A DNA stretch of 42,694 nucleotides from a virus (IMGVR_UViG_3300008255_000209:1-42694); one strand, 5' to 3'; shown: positions 16,791 through 27,305, numbered from the stretch's first letter. The notes: generated by a model from the letters alone, not told the origin. Made by a program: numbers and translations.

Positions 16791-17339
16791 ATGGCAGATG
16801 AAATCAATAAAGATCAGGAAGAGGATCAGGAAGATGAAACCGAAACGATGGAAGAGGTGGTAAAACGGCTTGAAGAAGAGGTAAAAAACCTTAAAAGCGA
16901 GAAAGAGTCCATTAAAGATTTGCGGAAGGTTGCGAATAAGGCGAAAGAGGGGGAGCAGTCGCTTGAGGGGCGGCTGGAAGTTATTGAAACGGAAAGACAG
17001 AAGGAATTGGAGTCACGAAGGGCTGCCGTAGAAGGGGTAAAAGGAAAGGTGCTTGACAGAAGAGTTGGGGATGATGCTGATGACAGGGCTAAGGTGGAGC
17101 GTGAGTTTTCCCTGCTCAACATGCCCTCCAATACACCTGAAGAAGCGGAATTGAAGTGGGAGAAAGCGGTCTCGATGGTTCCTGATTCATCCCGTATTAA
17201 CCCTATGAACCTTGGTACGCCAATGGCTCCTGAGCCTGATATTGTAACGGCAAGAGATAAGCAGTTTATTGATACGGCAGATGGGAAAATGCTGGCGAAA
17301 CAATTGGGAATGACTTCGCTTTTGGCTAAAGCAAAATAA
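16791..17339 (+). CDS. Capsid scaffolding protein (putative)
   Basis: Acidic coiled coil, C-terminal LAKQLGM helix, position upstream of capsid genes. Confidence 0.65.
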   Translation: MADEINKDQEEDQEDETETMEEVVKRLEEEVKNLKSEKESIKDLRKVANKAKEGEQSLEGRLEVIETERQKELESRRAAVEGVKGKVLDRRVGDDADDRAKVEREFSLLNMPSNTPEEAELKWEKAVSMVPDSSRINPMNLGTPMAPEPDIVTARDKQFIDTADGKMLAKQLGMTSLLAKAK

Positions 17340-17360
17340 TATTTCTTTATTTTTTTCATT

Positions 17361-18110
17361 ATGTCACGTTTACAAGACCTGAGAGTGAAAGGCTGGCCCA
17401 ATCTTAATATTGATGAAAAACGGGAGTACCAATCGCTTTTAGCGCAAGAAAAAGAAGAGGGTAAGCTGGTGGAAAGAGCAAAGATCACTATGGCCGCACA
17501 GGAGGATTCGTCTGAAGCTTCAGACGGTGATAAACCTGATCTGATACAGGTGGATAAACAGACGCTTTCTGATCTTATTGCCCGTATTGAAGGGCTGGAA
17601 CAGGAGAAAATATCGCATCGGAAACAGGTCGGTTTGTATAAACAGGGAACATGGAAGGAGATTGAGCGGAAAGAGAAAATAAGGATGGCTACACTCAGGA
17701 AGTATAGGCCAACGACTGATGATACGTATAAATACGTCTTTGATCTGAAGTTTTTTCAGAATAAATGGAACTCTGAACTGAGGGTTGATGAACAACTGTA
17801 TCAGTTTATGTTGTATGATCCCAAAGATCCTGAGACCCTGAAGGCCGGACATCAGTTAGTTGAGATTTTCTCCTTAAAGTTTTTCGCGGCTTCTTTCGAA
17901 AAAGAACAGGTGAAATTGGTGGACAAAAGGGTCAAAAAGATGAAACAGATGGTGGGGAAAACAGACAAGATTGTCTATGAGTACGATAAGTATAAAGCGA
18001 CCAGCCTGGGCCGCGTTCCCATGTTTGTAGAAAGAGAAGAGGTGGAGTTTCTTGTTGAGATGGAGGACGGCGTGAAGTTTTGGCTGTCTGCTGATCGTTT
18101 AAACCTTTAA
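17361..18110 (+). CDS. Hypothetical protein
   Basis: 249-aa ORF with U-rich leader. Confidence 0.75.
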   Translation: MSRLQDLRVKGWPNLNIDEKREYQSLLAQEKEEGKLVERAKITMAAQEDSSEASDGDKPDLIQVDKQTLSDLIARIEGLEQEKISHRKQVGLYKQGTWKEIERKEKIRMATLRKYRPTTDDTYKYVFDLKFFQNKWNSELRVDEQLYQFMLYDPKDPETLKAGHQLVEIFSLKFFAASFEKEQVKLVDKRVKKMKQMVGKTDKIVYEYDKYKATSLGRVPMFVEREEVEFLVEMEDGVKFWLSADRLNL

Positions 18111-18142
18111 GTGTTTATTTTTAATTTTTTAATTTTTTTCTT

Positions 18143-18556
18143 ATGCCGGAAGATGAAGATAAGTTGAAAGAGGCTGTTATTAAAGAGCAGGCGGCCTCCA
18201 GAGACTACACCAAAGAACGGCAGGAGCGTTGTGCCCCAATCGTAAAGAAGATTTTGAATATGATGTTGGAACAGGACTTGCTTATGTCTGATCTTCATTA
18301 CCTTGAAGATGTCGTAAAACGCCAGTTTGATGCTCTGGCAACACATTTGGTATCGCTCCATGCCGTAGAGATTTTTCAGATGACCAAAGACTCTCTTGAG
18401 ATGGCGTTTAAGAACGCTCAGGAAAGCCTTTTCAAGATAGAAGATATTGATCATGTTTCAGTGAAGGATATCGATACCCAGCTCAGAAGAGCTGATGTGG
18501 AAAAAAAGTATCAGGCAAGTAAAGAAGGAGAAGATGAAGAAAGTTCTGAAAAATAA
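18143..18556 (+). CDS. Hypothetical helical protein
   Basis: 137-aa ORF. Confidence 0.7.
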   Translation: MPEDEDKLKEAVIKEQAASRDYTKERQERCAPIVKKILNMMLEQDLLMSDLHYLEDVVKRQFDALATHLVSLHAVEIFQMTKDSLEMAFKNAQESLFKIEDIDHVSVKDIDTQLRRADVEKKYQASKEGEDEESSEK

Positions 18557-18622
18557 AAGGTAGTGAGATACCTTTTACCTCTTTCAAGAGCCTTAAAACG
18601 AATCCTAATGATTCGTTTTTTT
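18555..18622 (+). terminator. Two tandem terminator-like hairpins
   Basis: AAAAGGTA/TACCTTTT and AACGAATC/GATTCGTT followed by U-tract. Confidence 0.55.
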
Positions 18623-18644
18623 AAAAGTTACGGTTTTTTTATAT

Positions 18645-18673
18645 TTGCAAATGAAATAAAGCCCTTTTAGCAT
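18645..18673 (+). promoter_or_regulatory. Candidate capsid-operon promoter
   Basis: TTGCAA-17 bp-TAGCAT. Confidence 0.5.
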
Positions 18674-18792
18674 TTGAGTACGGGACATGAGCAGCCTTTT
18701 ATCGGGCCAGTACGACAGTTCATGGAAAAAAGGTATTAGAAAGCCGTTTCACGGCAGATATTTGAATCCTTTTATCCATTAGCTTTAATTAT

Positions 18793-19239
18793 ATGTCCTG
18801 GTCACCTTATAGAGGAAAATTTGGGACGGACTGGCAGAATAAGACGGGCTCACAGGTTTTTACCCGTGGTGCTCTTGTTGATGTTGTTTCAGGTCTTATT
18901 ACCGTCTGTACCATTACCCGTGCTCCCCACAGCGGAGTTATTCAAAAAACAGTTCTTTCAACTGATTCCGACTATACAGCTACCACATTTCTTCCGCTTT
19001 TAACGCCCGCCACCCCTCTTTCAGAGTGGAAAGTGAGCGTTCTTTCAACGGACACTCTTGCTACTACTGACGTAGGGAATTTCCTCGATATCGGGGGGTC
19101 TCCTGTTGGAATCGACGTGACAAACGCCACTTCTGCCGATGATGCCGTGGTCTGTACGAAGTTCCTTGGAGCCAACCTTGGTGCTTTCCGACTCAATTCG
19201 TTCAAAGGCACTCAGGTAGGTCTTGGTACTGCTACTTAA
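18793..19239 (+). CDS. Capsid decoration/cement protein (putative)
   Basis: 148 aa, T/G/V-rich beta protein immediately before the capsid gene. Confidence 0.65.
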   Translation: MSWSPYRGKFGTDWQNKTGSQVFTRGALVDVVSGLITVCTITRAPHSGVIQKTVLSTDSDYTATTFLPLLTPATPLSEWKVSVLSTDTLATTDVGNFLDIGGSPVGIDVTNATSADDAVVCTKFLGANLGAFRLNSFKGTQVGLGTAT

Positions 19240-19273
19240 TTTTTAATTTCCTTATTTTCCTTATTTTTTATAT

Positions 19274-20290
19274 ATGGGACAAAGTCTAAACACCGTTGCC
19301 CTGAACGATTTTGTATCTCTTGTGCGAATTAACTGGGTTGCAAGGCAAGACCTGATCCAGGGAAACGCACGACAGATGTATATCGAACAAGACCTCGGTT
19401 TTCACAATGGTGAAAGCAAAAGATTCAAAGAAATTGATCCTGAAGAGTTCGCCTCCCTCAAAAGAGAAGGTGCGGACGCTTCAATCGCTACCGTTGCTCT
19501 GGGGTATGAGAAAGACATGACCGTGCGCCGTTTTGCCAAAGAAATTTCTATTACGCACGAGATGAGGCGTTACAATCATGCTCCTGAAGTCATGTCAAAA
19601 CTTCATTCTCTTCAGTCCTTCGGGCCTCAGAGAATGGAGATTGATTTGACCCATCGGCTCACCTTCGGAACAGCCACTTCTTATACCGATATGGACGGAG
19701 AAACGGTCACAACAACTGTGGGTGACGGGCTTGCTCTGGTAAGTGCTGTGCATACCGTTACAGAGTCAGCTACGACTTATAGCAATATTATTACGGGTAA
19801 TCCTGCCGGCTCTCAGGGCGGTCTTGAGGTGGCTGAACTTCAGGCAAACACTCAGATTCTTGATAACTTCGGGAATTTGAGAGTGATGAACTTCAATGTC
19901 ATTTTTTGTTCCAACGACCCTACGACCGTCAACACCTTCAAGCAAATCCTGAAGTCTTCAGGTGACGTTGATGGAACTCACGCTGGAATTGAAAACGTGT
20001 ACATGAATAAGTACCGTCTGGTCATTCTTCCACGGCTTGCTACTACGGCAGCAGGAGCCTATGACCCTACAAAGAAAGGGTACTGGGGACTGGCTGCTAT
20101 CGGACAAGGGGAAATGGGATGGCAGGCGTATCTGGGAATCTGGGAAGGGGTAAGTCTGAAGACTCCTGCTCCCGGGAATAATGGAGAAGATTTCCATAAC
20201 GATAACTGGTCTTTCGGGACTCGTCTTTCCTATGGAATCGTAACCGTTAGTCCTCGCGGTTTGCTGCTTTCAACAGGTGCAGGTTCTTAA
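19274..20290 (+). CDS. Major capsid protein (HK97 fold, Mu gpT-like)
   Basis: 338 aa; EGA...,  ISITHEM, GDGLALVSAVH motif, C-terminal RLSYG...PRG. Confidence 0.88.
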   Translation: MGQSLNTVALNDFVSLVRINWVARQDLIQGNARQMYIEQDLGFHNGESKRFKEIDPEEFASLKREGADASIATVALGYEKDMTVRRFAKEISITHEMRRYNHAPEVMSKLHSLQSFGPQRMEIDLTHRLTFGTATSYTDMDGETVTTTVGDGLALVSAVHTVTESATTYSNIITGNPAGSQGGLEVAELQANTQILDNFGNLRVMNFNVIFCSNDPTTVNTFKQILKSSGDVDGTHAGIENVYMNKYRLVILPRLATTAAGAYDPTKKGYWGLAAIGQGEMGWQAYLGIWEGVSLKTPAPGNNGEDFHNDNWSFGTRLSYGIVTVSPRGLLLSTGAGS

Positions 20291-20381
20291 TTTGTATTTC
20301 TTTCTTTTTCATTCGTGTACCTTTGAGATTATCTCAGGGGGAGGAGGCGGAGGTGAATGAAAAAGACTAACTTTTCTTTTT

Positions 20382-21386
20382 ATGGCTTCTTTTAATTTTA
20401 ACGCAGGGTATGGACGAGCACTCTTTGATGCTGTTCATGCCTCCGTTCCAACTCCCGGGCGCATCTTTGTTGTGGGTGTTGATGGGGATAAAAATGACGA
20501 CAGGCTTTCAAGCCTTATTAAGGCTGATAACTCAGGCCGTACTCATTATTTTACGTCTTTATCAGACGCTTATGACGCTACTGTCAGTAATCAAAACGAT
20601 GTGATCATCCTTGATGGTCAGAGTACGTTTACGCTTACGGAGATGTTGACGGTTTCTAAAAACCGTGTTCATTTCAGGGGGCTTGATTCTCTTTTGGGGG
20701 TGAACCGAAGATATGGCCAGTCTACAAAAGTAAGTCTTGGCGTGACTACGGCCGCTACTGATATTGCCACTGTTTTGAATACAGGGACTAGAAACTCATT
20801 TAAAGGAATTAAGTTCACGAATTCCAATACCGTTGCTGAAGGGCTTTATTGTTTCGCCGATGGTGGAGAGTACACCTTTATGGAGTTTTGTGAGCTCTAC
20901 AAGTCTACTGATTTGGATCAGACGGGGGCTGCTGAGTTAGTGGCCAATGGTGATTCTTCGCACTACAAAGACTGTTATATCGGGTCAACGGTTGACGCTA
21001 TTTCAGGGGCTATTCTCCGGCCTTGTGTGACCTTTTCAAGAGGTCTGGCTGCTTCAGGGAAGGTGGCTCGTGATGTGACTTTTGAAAACTGTATTTTTGC
21101 CCGTAAGTGTGGGGACACGGGAAACCGGTTCGTGTACGGGGCCGAAGCAAACGCTATTGAGCGTCTGGGATATTTCAAAGAGTGTGTATTCTGGAATGCT
21201 GCTCTGGCTTCTGCCACACCTGCTCAAAACGTGGCCTTTGGAGCTACACAGACTGATGGGTCAGTATTGCTTCATAACTGTACTTCTGTTGGAGCTGCTA
21301 CAGCCATGTCTACTACGACAGGAGTATTTATTGATTCACCTGTTCCCGCTGCCGCCACTTCAGGTATTTCCGTACAAGCTTTTTAA
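20382..21386 (+). CDS. Beta-helix (pectin lyase-like) virion fibre protein
   Basis: TSLSDAYDA...NDVIIL cap motif, repeated F.NC.F. Confidence 0.7.
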   Translation: MASFNFNAGYGRALFDAVHASVPTPGRIFVVGVDGDKNDDRLSSLIKADNSGRTHYFTSLSDAYDATVSNQNDVIILDGQSTFTLTEMLTVSKNRVHFRGLDSLLGVNRRYGQSTKVSLGVTTAATDIATVLNTGTRNSFKGIKFTNSNTVAEGLYCFADGGEYTFMEFCELYKSTDLDQTGAAELVANGDSSHYKDCYIGSTVDAISGAILRPCVTFSRGLAASGKVARDVTFENCIFARKCGDTGNRFVYGAEANAIERLGYFKECVFWNAALASATPAQNVAFGATQTDGSVLLHNCTSVGAATAMSTTTGVFIDSPVPAAATSGISVQAF

Positions 21387-21438
21387 CAGAGAGAATGCCT
21401 AAAGGAGTTTAAGTTTTTATTTTTTTTCTTTTAAACCA

Positions 21439-21660
21439 ATGAGTGACACAACCAGAAATTCCGACCTTCTTGAAATGGGGGTTGATGAGTATCCGGAGCA
21501 GGAAGAGGTAAAGAAGACACGGGGCCGAAGGCCCAAAGAAGTAAGTGAAGAGACTGAGGAGGTGGAGGAGGGTGAGGAAGAGGCTGAAGAGGTTGAAGAA
21601 GATGAAGGGGCTGAAGAAGATGAAGAGGCTGAAGAAGAGGGTGAGGAGGAGGGTGAATAG
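21439..21660 (+). CDS. Small highly acidic protein with RGRRPK motif
   Basis: Glu-rich low-complexity tail. Confidence 0.65.
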   Translation: MSDTTRNSDLLEMGVDEYPEQEEVKKTRGRRPKEVSEETEEVEEGEEEAEEVEEDEGAEEDEEAEEEGEEEGE

Positions 21661-21666
21661 TTTTTC

Positions 21667-21696
21667 AGGGGAGGGTCTTCCCCTCCCCTTTTTTTT
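21667..21696 (+). terminator. Intrinsic terminator
   Basis: AGGGGAGGG-loop-CCCTCCCCT plus T-tract. Confidence 0.88.
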
Positions 21697-21707
21697 ATCT
21701 TATTGTT

Positions 21708-22103
21708 ATGAAAACTCTTTCAGGACTTCAAACAATTTTTTCCGCCGCCGATGCCGCTGCAACAGGAAAAGCTCACTTTGTGGAAAACGCTGATAAAATG
21801 GTTTTTGAGTTTGCCACCGCTTCCAGTGCTAATTTGACGGTAAAGTTTCAGGGGTCAATCAGTGACACACAACCTGATTTTTCTGCTGCTCAGACAGCCT
21901 CTAACCATTGGGACTATATTGAGGTGATTGATCTTGAGGATGGTTCTGCCGTGGATGGGGATACGGGGATAGTTCTGGCTGGAACGGATGATTTTAGGCT
22001 CTTCTCAGCTAACGTGGATGGTCTTCGGTGGGTTTGCGCCACTATTACAGCCAGATCAGCAGGAACACTCACTTTAAAGGTGAAAACATTTGTTAATTGT
22101 TAA
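21708..22103 (+). CDS. Small virion jelly-roll-like protein
   Basis: TVKFQGS...W...LRWV pattern. Confidence 0.6.
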   Translation: MKTLSGLQTIFSAADAAATGKAHFVENADKMVFEFATASSANLTVKFQGSISDTQPDFSAAQTASNHWDYIEVIDLEDGSAVDGDTGIVLAGTDDFRLFSANVDGLRWVCATITARSAGTLTLKVKTFVNC

Positions 22104-22106
22104 TGT

Positions 22107-23873
22107 ATGAGAAGAGATAAACAACTCGATCAATTTAATGAGTTTAATCCTGTTCTGATTGTTACCGCCTCTGAGGGGATCGCTTCAAACGATAACGACA
22201 CGACTGTCCCCACCTCTGCTGCCGTAAAAGCTTATGCTGACAGTGCCGGAGGAACCCCCACAGTGATCACGGTTGCTGATACAGCAGACGCAACAGCTTT
22301 CGTGGCCCTCTTTGAGTCCGCTACAGGTGATCTGGCCCCTAAGACGGACACAGGACTTACCTATGACGCCACGACAGGAACCTTGACGGCCACAGCACTC
22401 GTAGGCCCACTCACGGGGAATGTCACTGGAAATGCCAGCGGTACAGCCGCAACAGTCACAGGAGCGGCACAAGCGGCTATCACCTCAGCTACCGCTCTTC
22501 CATGGACAGGACTAAAAGTAGGGGTGAATGGAGAAATCCCCACCTTTGACGCTTCAGGGAATCCTGCTTTTGTGGCTGTGGGCACGGCAACGCATGTCCT
22601 AACGTCCAATGGTGTAGGGGCTGCTCCGACTTTTCAGGCGGCTGCAGGGGGAGGGTTTGCAGACTGGAAAACAATTGGAACGGGAGGGGATTATGCTGAT
22701 GTACAAGCGATGATTGCTGACTCTCAATACAAGGGGTATCTGCTCAGTGCCGTGACGGAGGATAGCGATATTACGCCGGACGCTAATGGGTTATTCCTTC
22801 ACCTGAATGATTTTGTTTTGACGATGGGGGCCAATAACATTGTCCCCAGTGCCGCTTGCTCGATAACCATTGTTGGCTGGAGCCCTTCTGTAAGTGAGAT
22901 TGACTATACGGCAACAGTGGCTAACGAAGAACTTATAGATACGGGGGCGTTTACAACAAGTGTCGTCGTTTTGGCTAATATTAAGTTTGATAACAACTCG
23001 TCCGCCGCCGGTTGTTATCTCCAAACTTCAACCTCAGTTAAGAAATATACTAATCTTATTATCGAGTGCTCGAATCAGAATGGGAGTGGGATAACTGCCG
23101 CTAATAATGAAGATTCTTTAGATAATATAGCGTTTGTTGGGGGTGGGGCATCTTGCTTAAAAGCTCTGGCTATGGGGGCGGGGGGAACCGCTACAAATCT
23201 TCAGTTTTCAGGGACTTACAGTGGGACTATGGGGGCAATAGATTTTGAGACCGGCGGAGCGGTTCCGATGCCAAGTGTCTCGAACATTAATATTCTCTCG
23301 TTTCTTGGCTTCCGTGTGGGTGGGCAAGTAAGCAATGTGAAAGAGATCGGAGGAACCCTTAATATAGAGGTTGCTGACGGCGATTGTCTTTTGACTAATT
23401 TTGAATGTTCCGGGACTTTCGATATACAAGGGTCAGATAAGTGTCTTTTTTCTAATGGTATTTTTTCGGGAACGGTTGCCATTGACGATATAGGTGATAA
23501 TCAGAATCATTTTTCCAATTGTCAATTTGAGGCTGTTTTTTCTTTAACAGGCGGAAATACTCTTTTCAGCAACTGTCGTTTTGACAGCACCTCCACAATT
23601 ATTAGTGATAATGATCTTTTCAATAATTGTATTTTTACCGGAGCTTTTACAGTGAACGCGGGGGCCGATAATCTTCAATTCATTGGGTGTTACTGGGATG
23701 GGAACGTAAGTATCACGAGTAATAATTCACGGTATGAAGGGTATGTCAATACCGCTAACACCTTCACCCTTGCCTCTACCGCTACGAATAACAAAGTAGA
23801 TGTGACGATTGATCAGGCGGTGGTGGATAGCTCGGGGAATGACTCTAATTCCATAACTGAAATGATTTACTGA
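22107..23873 (+). CDS. Tail fibre/spike with C-terminal beta-helix
   Basis: LTGNVTGNA, VLTSNG.GAAPTFQ fibre motifs; FSNC.F repeats. Confidence 0.75.
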   Translation: MRRDKQLDQFNEFNPVLIVTASEGIASNDNDTTVPTSAAVKAYADSAGGTPTVITVADTADATAFVALFESATGDLAPKTDTGLTYDATTGTLTATALVGPLTGNVTGNASGTAATVTGAAQAAITSATALPWTGLKVGVNGEIPTFDASGNPAFVAVGTATHVLTSNGVGAAPTFQAAAGGGFADWKTIGTGGDYADVQAMIADSQYKGYLLSAVTEDSDITPDANGLFLHLNDFVLTMGANNIVPSAACSITIVGWSPSVSEIDYTATVANEELIDTGAFTTSVVVLANIKFDNNSSAAGCYLQTSTSVKKYTNLIIECSNQNGSGITAANNEDSLDNIAFVGGGASCLKALAMGAGGTATNLQFSGTYSGTMGAIDFETGGAVPMPSVSNINILSFLGFRVGGQVSNVKEIGGTLNIEVADGDCLLTNFECSGTFDIQGSDKCLFSNGIFSGTVAIDDIGDNQNHFSNCQFEAVFSLTGGNTLFSNCRFDSTSTIISDNDLFNNCIFTGAFTVNAGADNLQFIGCYWDGNVSITSNNSRYEGYVNTANTFTLASTATNNKVDVTIDQAVVDSSGNDSNSITEMIY

Positions 23874-23897
23874 TAATGATTTACTAATTTTTATTTC

Positions 23898-24320
23898 ATG
23901 GCAGCAATTCTCAAAAATCAGAATGTCCAGCTCAAGCCTATCCCAGCGACAGACTTGACCTATTCGGGCATAACTGGATCAGTCACGGTTGACACCAATG
24001 CTGTAGGGGTGGGGGCGGCCCTGTATCAGGCAGTGGATGGTAACTATGACGAGGCTGATGCTGATGCTGCTGCTTCCATGCCTTGTTCTGCTCTCGCTCT
24101 TGAGACAGGTGTGGGAACAAAACTGGTCTTGTTCCATGGCTTCATCCGAAACGACGCGTGGGCATGGACGGTGGGAGGCTCTCTGTATGTTTCCGCCACA
24201 CAAGGTACACTTACTCAAACACCACCTGGCACAGGGGATTTTGTTCAAGTCGTGGGTATCGCACAAAGTGCTGACGTGATTTTCTTCAACCCAAGCTTCA
24301 ATTTGACCGAAGTCGCTTAA
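23898..24320 (+). CDS. Virion decoration/fibre-base protein
   Basis: WAWTVGGSLYVS...GTLTQT.P...VQVVG.A motif common in phage structural genes. Confidence 0.6.
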   Translation: MAAILKNQNVQLKPIPATDLTYSGITGSVTVDTNAVGVGAALYQAVDGNYDEADADAAASMPCSALALETGVGTKLVLFHGFIRNDAWAWTVGGSLYVSATQGTLTQTPPGTGDFVQVVGIAQSADVIFFNPSFNLTEVA

Positions 24321-24328
24321 TTATATTT

Positions 24329-26428
24329 ATGGCTGATCGCTACTGGAATCCGGCGGGTGCGGGAAACTGGGGGGATACAAGCTCTTGGGCTGCCTCAGAT
24401 GGAGGGGGTACAGGAGAAACTGTTCCTTCGGCTTCTGATAATGTGGTTTTTACGTCTACGAATGTGAATAACTGCACGGTCAACGTATCAGCTACGTGCC
24501 TTGATTTAAATTTCACAGGAGGAACGGGGTACACAGGAACTTTTGCAGGATCGTCTGCTTTGGCGATTTCAGGGAGTCTTACTTTGGGTGCAGGGATGAC
24601 GAGAACCTATACAGGAGCGATTACTTTCAATGGGGTGGGAGTTCATACGATTACCACCAATACAATTACTGTTGGGGGTAATTGTATATTTAGCGGAACT
24701 GGACAATGGACATTTCAAGATGCGTGGGACTCTGGGCTAAAATCTATTTCGCACACGAATGGAACTCTAGTAACTAATAACCAAACAATCACAAGTGAGG
24801 CTTGGACAACATCAGGCACTAACGCAAGAGCAATAACGTTAGGTTCATCAGTGTTAAATATTAACGGTTGGACATATTCTGGCTCAAATTTAACCTTAAC
24901 GGAAGGCACGGCTGTCCTAAATGTGGGCCAAACGGCTACTTTTGTTGGGAATGGAGAAACGTACTATGAGGTAAATCTTACTTCAACACAAAGCTCAGGA
25001 TGGGGAGCTTTTTCAGGGAATAACACTTTTACTAATTTATCAGTTACTAGTAATACAACTAAGGCACAGGCATTAACTCTTTCTGACAATCAAACTATTA
25101 CAGGAACATTAACAATCAATGGCAATTCTGTAACTAATAGAGTGCTTATTAAATCATCTGTTTTGGGTACAGCAAGAACTCTCACCGCCGCAATAGTTAC
25201 TGTAACTAACGCCGACTTCCAAGACATCACTGGAGCTGGAGCAGGGTCATGGAATCTATCCGCTATCACAGGAGGATCAGGTGATTGTGGAGGAAACACC
25301 GGTATTACCTTCACCACTGCCGATACGAATTATTGGATTGGGGATACGGGATCGTGGTCTGATGCGACGCAATGGTCAACGTCTACCGGTGGCGCAGCGG
25401 ATGGAAGAGTCCCCTTGCCCCAAGATACCGCTATTTTTGATGCCAATTCATTTTCTACAACGTCCCTCACGGTGACTCAGGATATGCCTCGTATCCCAAC
25501 AACTAATTGGACAGGCGCAACGAATACTCCTACATGGACAACCAGTACGCAGGCTACTGTTTACGGGTCAATCACTTTGATCAGCGGAATGATTTTGACT
25601 GCTTCAACTCAAACGTATAGTTTTGAGGGAAGAGGCGTTCACACTATTACAAGTGCTACTTTAACGTGGGCCAAGCAAATCAGTTTGAGTGCGCATGGAG
25701 GGAGCTTGGCACTGCAAGATGCTCTCGTGACGACGCGTGCTCTTTCTTGTTCCTCTGGTCACTTTAACGCCAACAATCAAAACATTACGGCTCTCTCTTT
25801 TTCGGGTTCGGGAACAGGCACAAGGCAGATAACGATGGGTTCGGGAACATGGACACTCACAACGGGGACGACTAACCCATGGACGCTCACGACGACAACC
25901 AATCTTACATTTGACGCAGGGACTTCGACAATTAAGCTTGCGGGAACACTCACGGCAGCCCGAACTTTTGCAGGGGGAGGCCTTACATACAATAATTTCT
26001 GGAACGCTACGACAGGAGCGTTTGCGATCAATATGACGGGTTCAAACACCTTCAATGACTTTAAGATTGATGCAGCACGAACACAAAGGCTCACCGCAGG
26101 GACTACAACAACCGTCACGACTTTTACCGCTACTGGAACCTCTGGCAATGAGATTACGATAGGGAGCATTACGGCCGCTTCCCACACCCTTGCGAAAGCA
26201 GGAGGGGGAACCATTACAGGCGACTATCTGCTCATTTCGTATTCTACCGCTACGCCTGGCTCCACATGGTACGCTACGAACTCTACGGACAATGGGAATA
26301 ATTCAGGTTGGAATTTTGGGGTCGTCCCGACTATCGCTTCTTTTTCAGGAGTGGCGGTAGCCAATATCGCATCCGTGGATGGGGTGGCGGTGGCTAATAT
26401 TGCCAGTATTAATTCCATTTCCAATTAA
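24329..26428 (+). CDS. Adhesin-like beta-solenoid virion protein
   Basis: T/G-rich; two modules each starting YW...W.D...W.....G....P...D...F. Confidence 0.7.
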   Translation: MADRYWNPAGAGNWGDTSSWAASDGGGTGETVPSASDNVVFTSTNVNNCTVNVSATCLDLNFTGGTGYTGTFAGSSALAISGSLTLGAGMTRTYTGAITFNGVGVHTITTNTITVGGNCIFSGTGQWTFQDAWDSGLKSISHTNGTLVTNNQTITSEAWTTSGTNARAITLGSSVLNINGWTYSGSNLTLTEGTAVLNVGQTATFVGNGETYYEVNLTSTQSSGWGAFSGNNTFTNLSVTSNTTKAQALTLSDNQTITGTLTINGNSVTNRVLIKSSVLGTARTLTAAIVTVTNADFQDITGAGAGSWNLSAITGGSGDCGGNTGITFTTADTNYWIGDTGSWSDATQWSTSTGGAADGRVPLPQDTAIFDANSFSTTSLTVTQDMPRIPTTNWTGATNTPTWTTSTQATVYGSITLISGMILTASTQTYSFEGRGVHTITSATLTWAKQISLSAHGGSLALQDALVTTRALSCSSGHFNANNQNITALSFSGSGTGTRQITMGSGTWTLTTGTTNPWTLTTTTNLTFDAGTSTIKLAGTLTAARTFAGGGLTYNNFWNATTGAFAINMTGSNTFNDFKIDAARTQRLTAGTTTTVTTFTATGTSGNEITIGSITAASHTLAKAGGGTITGDYLLISYSTATPGSTWYATNSTDNGNNSGWNFGVVPTIASFSGVAVANIASVDGVAVANIASINSISN

Positions 26429-26462
26429 TTCATTTAGTCTTTACTTGTTTAATTTTTGAATA

Positions 26463-27305
26463 ATGAGAGGACAAGATTCAGCCAGAAAAGGAAAGACCTT
26501 GGGGAAACAGGAGTTTTCAGGGGTTCTTTCCGCGATCAATATGGAAAGAACAAGGCATGAGGAGTTACAGGCCCATTCACAAAACCTTGTTGAAGAAATT
26601 ACAGAGCTACAGGTTTGTAAAAAAAGTCTTGAGAAGAGTTTTGAAGAAAAAAAAGTTGAGATGGACACACTTTCTGAGAAGATAGGAGAGGCTGAAGGCA
26701 CTCTTTCAACCGTGTTAAGAGAAGTGAATAAAGTAAAAGAAGAGCTCCTGCATCAGCAGGATTTTTTCAGGGTTGAAGGATTGAAGCACAAAGAAATAAT
26801 AAAAGAGCTTTCTCTTGAGCTGTATAAAAAACAAAAGGAGATGGAAAAAGAGAAGTTTGAATATAGCGTTGTTTTAAGCGATCTTAAAAGAGAGATAGAT
26901 CAAAAAAGAACAGAATTAAAAGATTTTTCGGAGTATAAGCAACAGGTTTCAGATGAGCTGAAAAAGAGTGAAAGTGCTTTTGAAGCTCAGAAGGAAGAAG
27001 TTTCTCTATTACAAGAAAAAATTGAAGGGCTTAAACAACAGGAGCAGGAATGTGGTGAACGGACAAGGCACGCAAAAGACCATGAGAAGCAAATCGTTCA
27101 AAAACTCGATAAAGTGTTAAATGACCTCAGTTCAGCAGAGGTGGAGTTAAAGGAAAAACAGGTGGAAATGGAAAAATATGATCAGGAAATTCATACTAAA
27201 AAAACGGCTCTCCTTACGCTTATCGCTAAAGAGACAAGGCAGGATCAGTTAAGAACAGAGTTAATACAGCTTTATAAAAAGGCAGGGATTGATATTGTTA
27301 TCTAA
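26463..27305 (+). CDS. Long coiled-coil protein
   Basis: E/K-rich heptads over 280 aa. Confidence 0.75.
   Translation: MRGQDSARKGKTLGKQEFSGVLSAINMERTRHEELQAHSQNLVEEITELQVCKKSLEKSFEEKKVEMDTLSEKIGEAEGTLSTVLREVNKVKEELLHQQDFFRVEGLKHKEIIKELSLELYKKQKEMEKEKFEYSVVLSDLKREIDQKRTELKDFSEYKQQVSDELKKSESAFEAQKEEVSLLQEKIEGLKQQEQECGERTRHAKDHEKQIVQKLDKVLNDLSSAEVELKEKQVEMEKYDQEIHTKKTALLTLIAKETRQDQLRTELIQLYKKAGIDIVI

Noticed and set aside
16826-17488. 220-aa antisense ORF and similar shadow ORFs in the track
   Set aside because: Ser/Phe-rich mirror of Glu/Lys-rich sense genes
26463-27305. Tape-measure protein
   Set aside because: Too short and charged, and no tail tube genes are present
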